Shown: one piece after another, positions 61,459 to 64,000 of the stretch
Layout of the letters: each line of letters opens with the position of its first letter
Numbering within the stretch: position 1 is the first letter of the stretch
Origin: the human T2T-CHM13v2.0 reference genome, Homo sapiens
Assembly: GCF_009914755.1 (NCBI RefSeq)
Contig: NC_060939.1
DNA length: 64,000 nucleotides
Direction: 5' to 3' (one strand)
Notes under the pieces: model-generated
Told to the model about the DNA's origin: nothing
Databases searched by the model: none
The model's input: only the letters and a program-made list of their open reading frames with translations
Position numbers and translations under genes: made by a program

Positions 61459-64000
61459 CTTTCCACAGTACGCCTCAAAGTTCTCCAATTATCCACTCGT
61501 AGATCCTGCAAAAAGAGAGATTCAAAACTGCTCAATCAAAAGATAGTTTCTACTCCATTATCTGAAAGACCACATCACAAAAAAAGTTTCTCAGGATGCT
61601 TCTGTGTAGTTTTTATGTGAAGATATTTGGTTTTCCACAGTAGGCCTCAAAGCGCTCCAAATATCCACTCACAGATTCTGCAAAAAGAGAGATTCAAAAC
61701 TGCTGAATCAAAAGACAGTTTCAACTCTGTGACTTCAGTGCACACCTCACAAGGATGTTTCTCAGAATGCTTCTGTGTAGTTTTTATATAAAGATATCTC
61801 CTTCTCCAAAATGGATCTCAAAGTTCTCCAAATATTCACTTCCAGATTCTATGGAAAGATTGTCTCAAAACTGCTCAATCAAACCAAAGGTTCAACTCTG
61901 TGAGATGAATGCCCACATCACAAAGAAGTTTCTCAGAGTACTTCTGTGTAGTTTCTATTTGAGGATAGTTCCTTTTCCACCACAGACCAGAAAGGGCTCC
62001 AAATATCCATTGCAGATGGTACAAAAAGTGAGATTCAAAACTGCTCAATCCAAAGGTAGTTTCAACCATGTGATATGAATGCACACAGCACAGAGAATTT
62101 TCTCAAAATGCGTCTGTCTAGTTTTTATTTGAAGATATTTCCTTTTCTACCATAGGCCACAAACGTCTCCAAATATCCACATGCAGCTTCTACAAAAAGA
62201 GAGATTCAAAACTTCTCAATCAAAAGATAGGTTCAACTCTGTGAGTTGAAAGCACACCTCACAGAGAAGTTTCTCAGAGTGCTTCTGTGTGTTTTTATGT
62301 GAAGATATTTCCTTTTCCACAATAGGCCTCAAAGCTCTCCAAATATCTGCGAGCAGAGTCTACAAAATGAGAGATTCAAAACTGCTCAATGAAAAGATAG
62401 GTTCAACTCTGTGAGTTGAATGCACACCTCCAAAGAAGTTTCTCAGAATGCTTCCGTGTAGTTTTTATGTGAAGATATTTACTTTTCCACAGTTGTCCCA
62501 AAGCTCTAAAATGTCCACTTGCAGACCCTCCAAAAGAGTGTTTCAGAATTGCTCAATCAAAGGGAAGGTTCAATTCTGTGTGACCAATGCACTCATCACA
62601 AAGAAGTTTGTCTGAATGCTTCTGTGTAGAATTGATTTGAAGATAATTCCTTTTCCACCACAGTCCGCAAAGGGCTAAAAATATCCACTTGCCGATTCCA
62701 CAAAAAGAGAGATTCAAAACTGCTCAATCACAAGATAGGTTCAACTTGGTAATTGGAAAGCACACATGACAAACAATTTCTGAGAATGTTTCTGTGTAGT
62801 TTTTAAGGGAAGATATTTGATTTTCAAATGTAGGCCTCAAATCGCTCCAAATATCCACTTGCATATTGTACAAAAAGAGAGATTCAAAACTGGTCACTCA
62901 AAAGTTAGGTCCAGCTCTGTGAGCTGAATGCACACATCACAAAGATGTTTCTCAGAAGGTTTCTGTATAGTTTCTATATGAAGATATTTGCTTTTCCACA
63001 ATATGCCTCAAATCTCCCCAATTATCCACTTGCAGATTCTAGAAAAAGAGTGTTTCAAAACAGCTCAATCAAAATAAACTTTCAACTCTGTGAGATCAAT
63101 GCACACATCACAAAGAAGTTTCTCAGAATGCTTCTGTGTAGTTTTTTTTGTGAAGATATTTGATTTTCCACAGCAGGCTTCCAAGCACTCCAAATATCCA
63201 CTCGCAGATTCTGCAAAAAGAGAGATTCAAATCTGCTGAATCAAAAGATAGGTTTAACTCTGTGACTTCAATGCACACCTCACAAGGGTGTTTCTCAGAA
63301 AGCTTCTGTGTAGTTTTTATATGAAGATATCTCCTTCTCCAAAGCAGGTCTCAAAGCCCTCCAAATATTCACTTCAAGATTCTACGGAAAGATTGTCTCA
63401 ACACTGCTAAATCTAAACAAATGTTCAACTCTGTGTGATGAATGCACTCATCACAGAGAAGTTTCTCTGAATGCCTCTGTGTAGTTTTTATTTGAAGATA
63501 TTTGCTTTTCCAGTATAGGGCGAAATAGGGCTCCAAATATTCACTTGCAGATTCTACAAAAGGAGAGATTCCAAACTGCTCAATCAAAACATAGGTTCAA
63601 CACTGTGAGTTGAATGCACACATCACAAAGAAGTTTCACAGAGTGCTTCTGGGTAGTTTTTATTTGAGGATATTTCCCTTTCCACAATAGGCCTCAAAGC
63701 TTTCCAAATATCCACTTGCAGATTCTGCAAAAAGAGAGATACAAAACTGCTCTATCAAAAGATAGATTCGACTCTGTGAGTTGAATGCCAACATCGCAAA
63801 GAAGTTTCTCAGAATGCTTCTCTGCAGCTTTTTTGTGAGTATGTTTCGTTTTCCACCATAGGGCGAAATGGGGCTCCAAATATCCACTTGCATTTCCTAC
63901 AAAAAGAGAGATTCTAAGCTGCTCAATCAAAACATTGTTTCAACACGGTTAGTTGAATGCACACATCCCAAAGATGTTTTTCAGAGTGCTTCTGTGTGGT
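61459..64000. repeat. HOR copy 19 (partial, cut by the window end)
   Basis: 2542 bp matching offsets 1-2542. Offsets 1516C (62974), 1531T; private T at 61561. Confidence 0.95.

Larger units (their letters stand above)
1..64000. repeat. Alpha satellite (alphoid) higher-order repeat array: 20-mer HOR, 3414-bp period, about 18.7 copies in a single orientation
   Basis: Alphoid hallmark motifs recur every ~171 bp: GTTCAACTCTGTGAGTTGAATGCACACATCACAAAGAAGTTTCTCAGAATGCTTCTG, GAAGATATTTCCTTTTCCAC and CTCCAAATATCCACTTGCAGATTCTACAAAAAGAG. The anchor CTTTCCACAGTACGCCTC recurs at 1, 3415, 6829 ... 44383, 47800, 51217, 54631, 58045 and 61459. The ORF track repeats with the same period. Confidence 0.99.

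Noticed and set aside
297-63930. Short ORFs of 60-107 aa recurring in every HOR (e.g. MFLRMLLCSFY..., MIEQFGIS..., ...HSEKLLCD...)
   Set aside because: These are chance open frames of alpha satellite. They overlap on both strands, repeat with the monomer and HOR period, and show no recognisable domain or gene structure. Any database hits to such peptides would most likely be mis-annotated satellite.
1-64000. CRISPR-like pattern of conserved motifs separated by variable sequence
   Set aside because: The 'spacers' are homologous parts of 171-bp monomers and repeat exactly every 3414 bp. There are no unique spacers, no leader and no cas genes.
1-64000. A novel protein-coding or mobile-element system
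   Set aside because: Every part of the window is accounted for by the alpha-satellite HOR. I saw no unique sequence, L1, Alu or LTR fragment, or target-site duplication.

Overview
The whole 64 kb window is one uninterrupted head-to-tail array of primate (very probably human) centromeric alpha satellite. It is organised as a 20-monomer higher-order repeat (HOR) of 3414 bp. There are 18 complete copies plus a 2542-bp partial copy; copies 14 and 15 are 3417 bp because of a shared 3-bp insertion. Copies are nearly identical (by eye about 0-8 differences each from the majority sequence), while the 168-172 bp monomers inside a HOR are clearly divergent. No monomer carries a CENP-B box; all have the A-type/pJalpha-like box. 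This fits an SF4-type, probably inactive HOR, possibly the chromosome 15 20-mer (recalled from the literature, not verified). I see no genes, RNA genes, transposons, inversions or CRISPR, and the ORF track is an artefact of the repeat. I found no new protein-coding system. The signals worth a second look are: a perfect 22-bp palindrome once per HOR, internal duplications that record how the 20-mer was built, and shared SNVs that show local amplification plus recombination or gene conversion between copies. All variant calls were read by eye and may be incomplete. 'Offset' means position within a HOR copy, using copy 1 coordinates.
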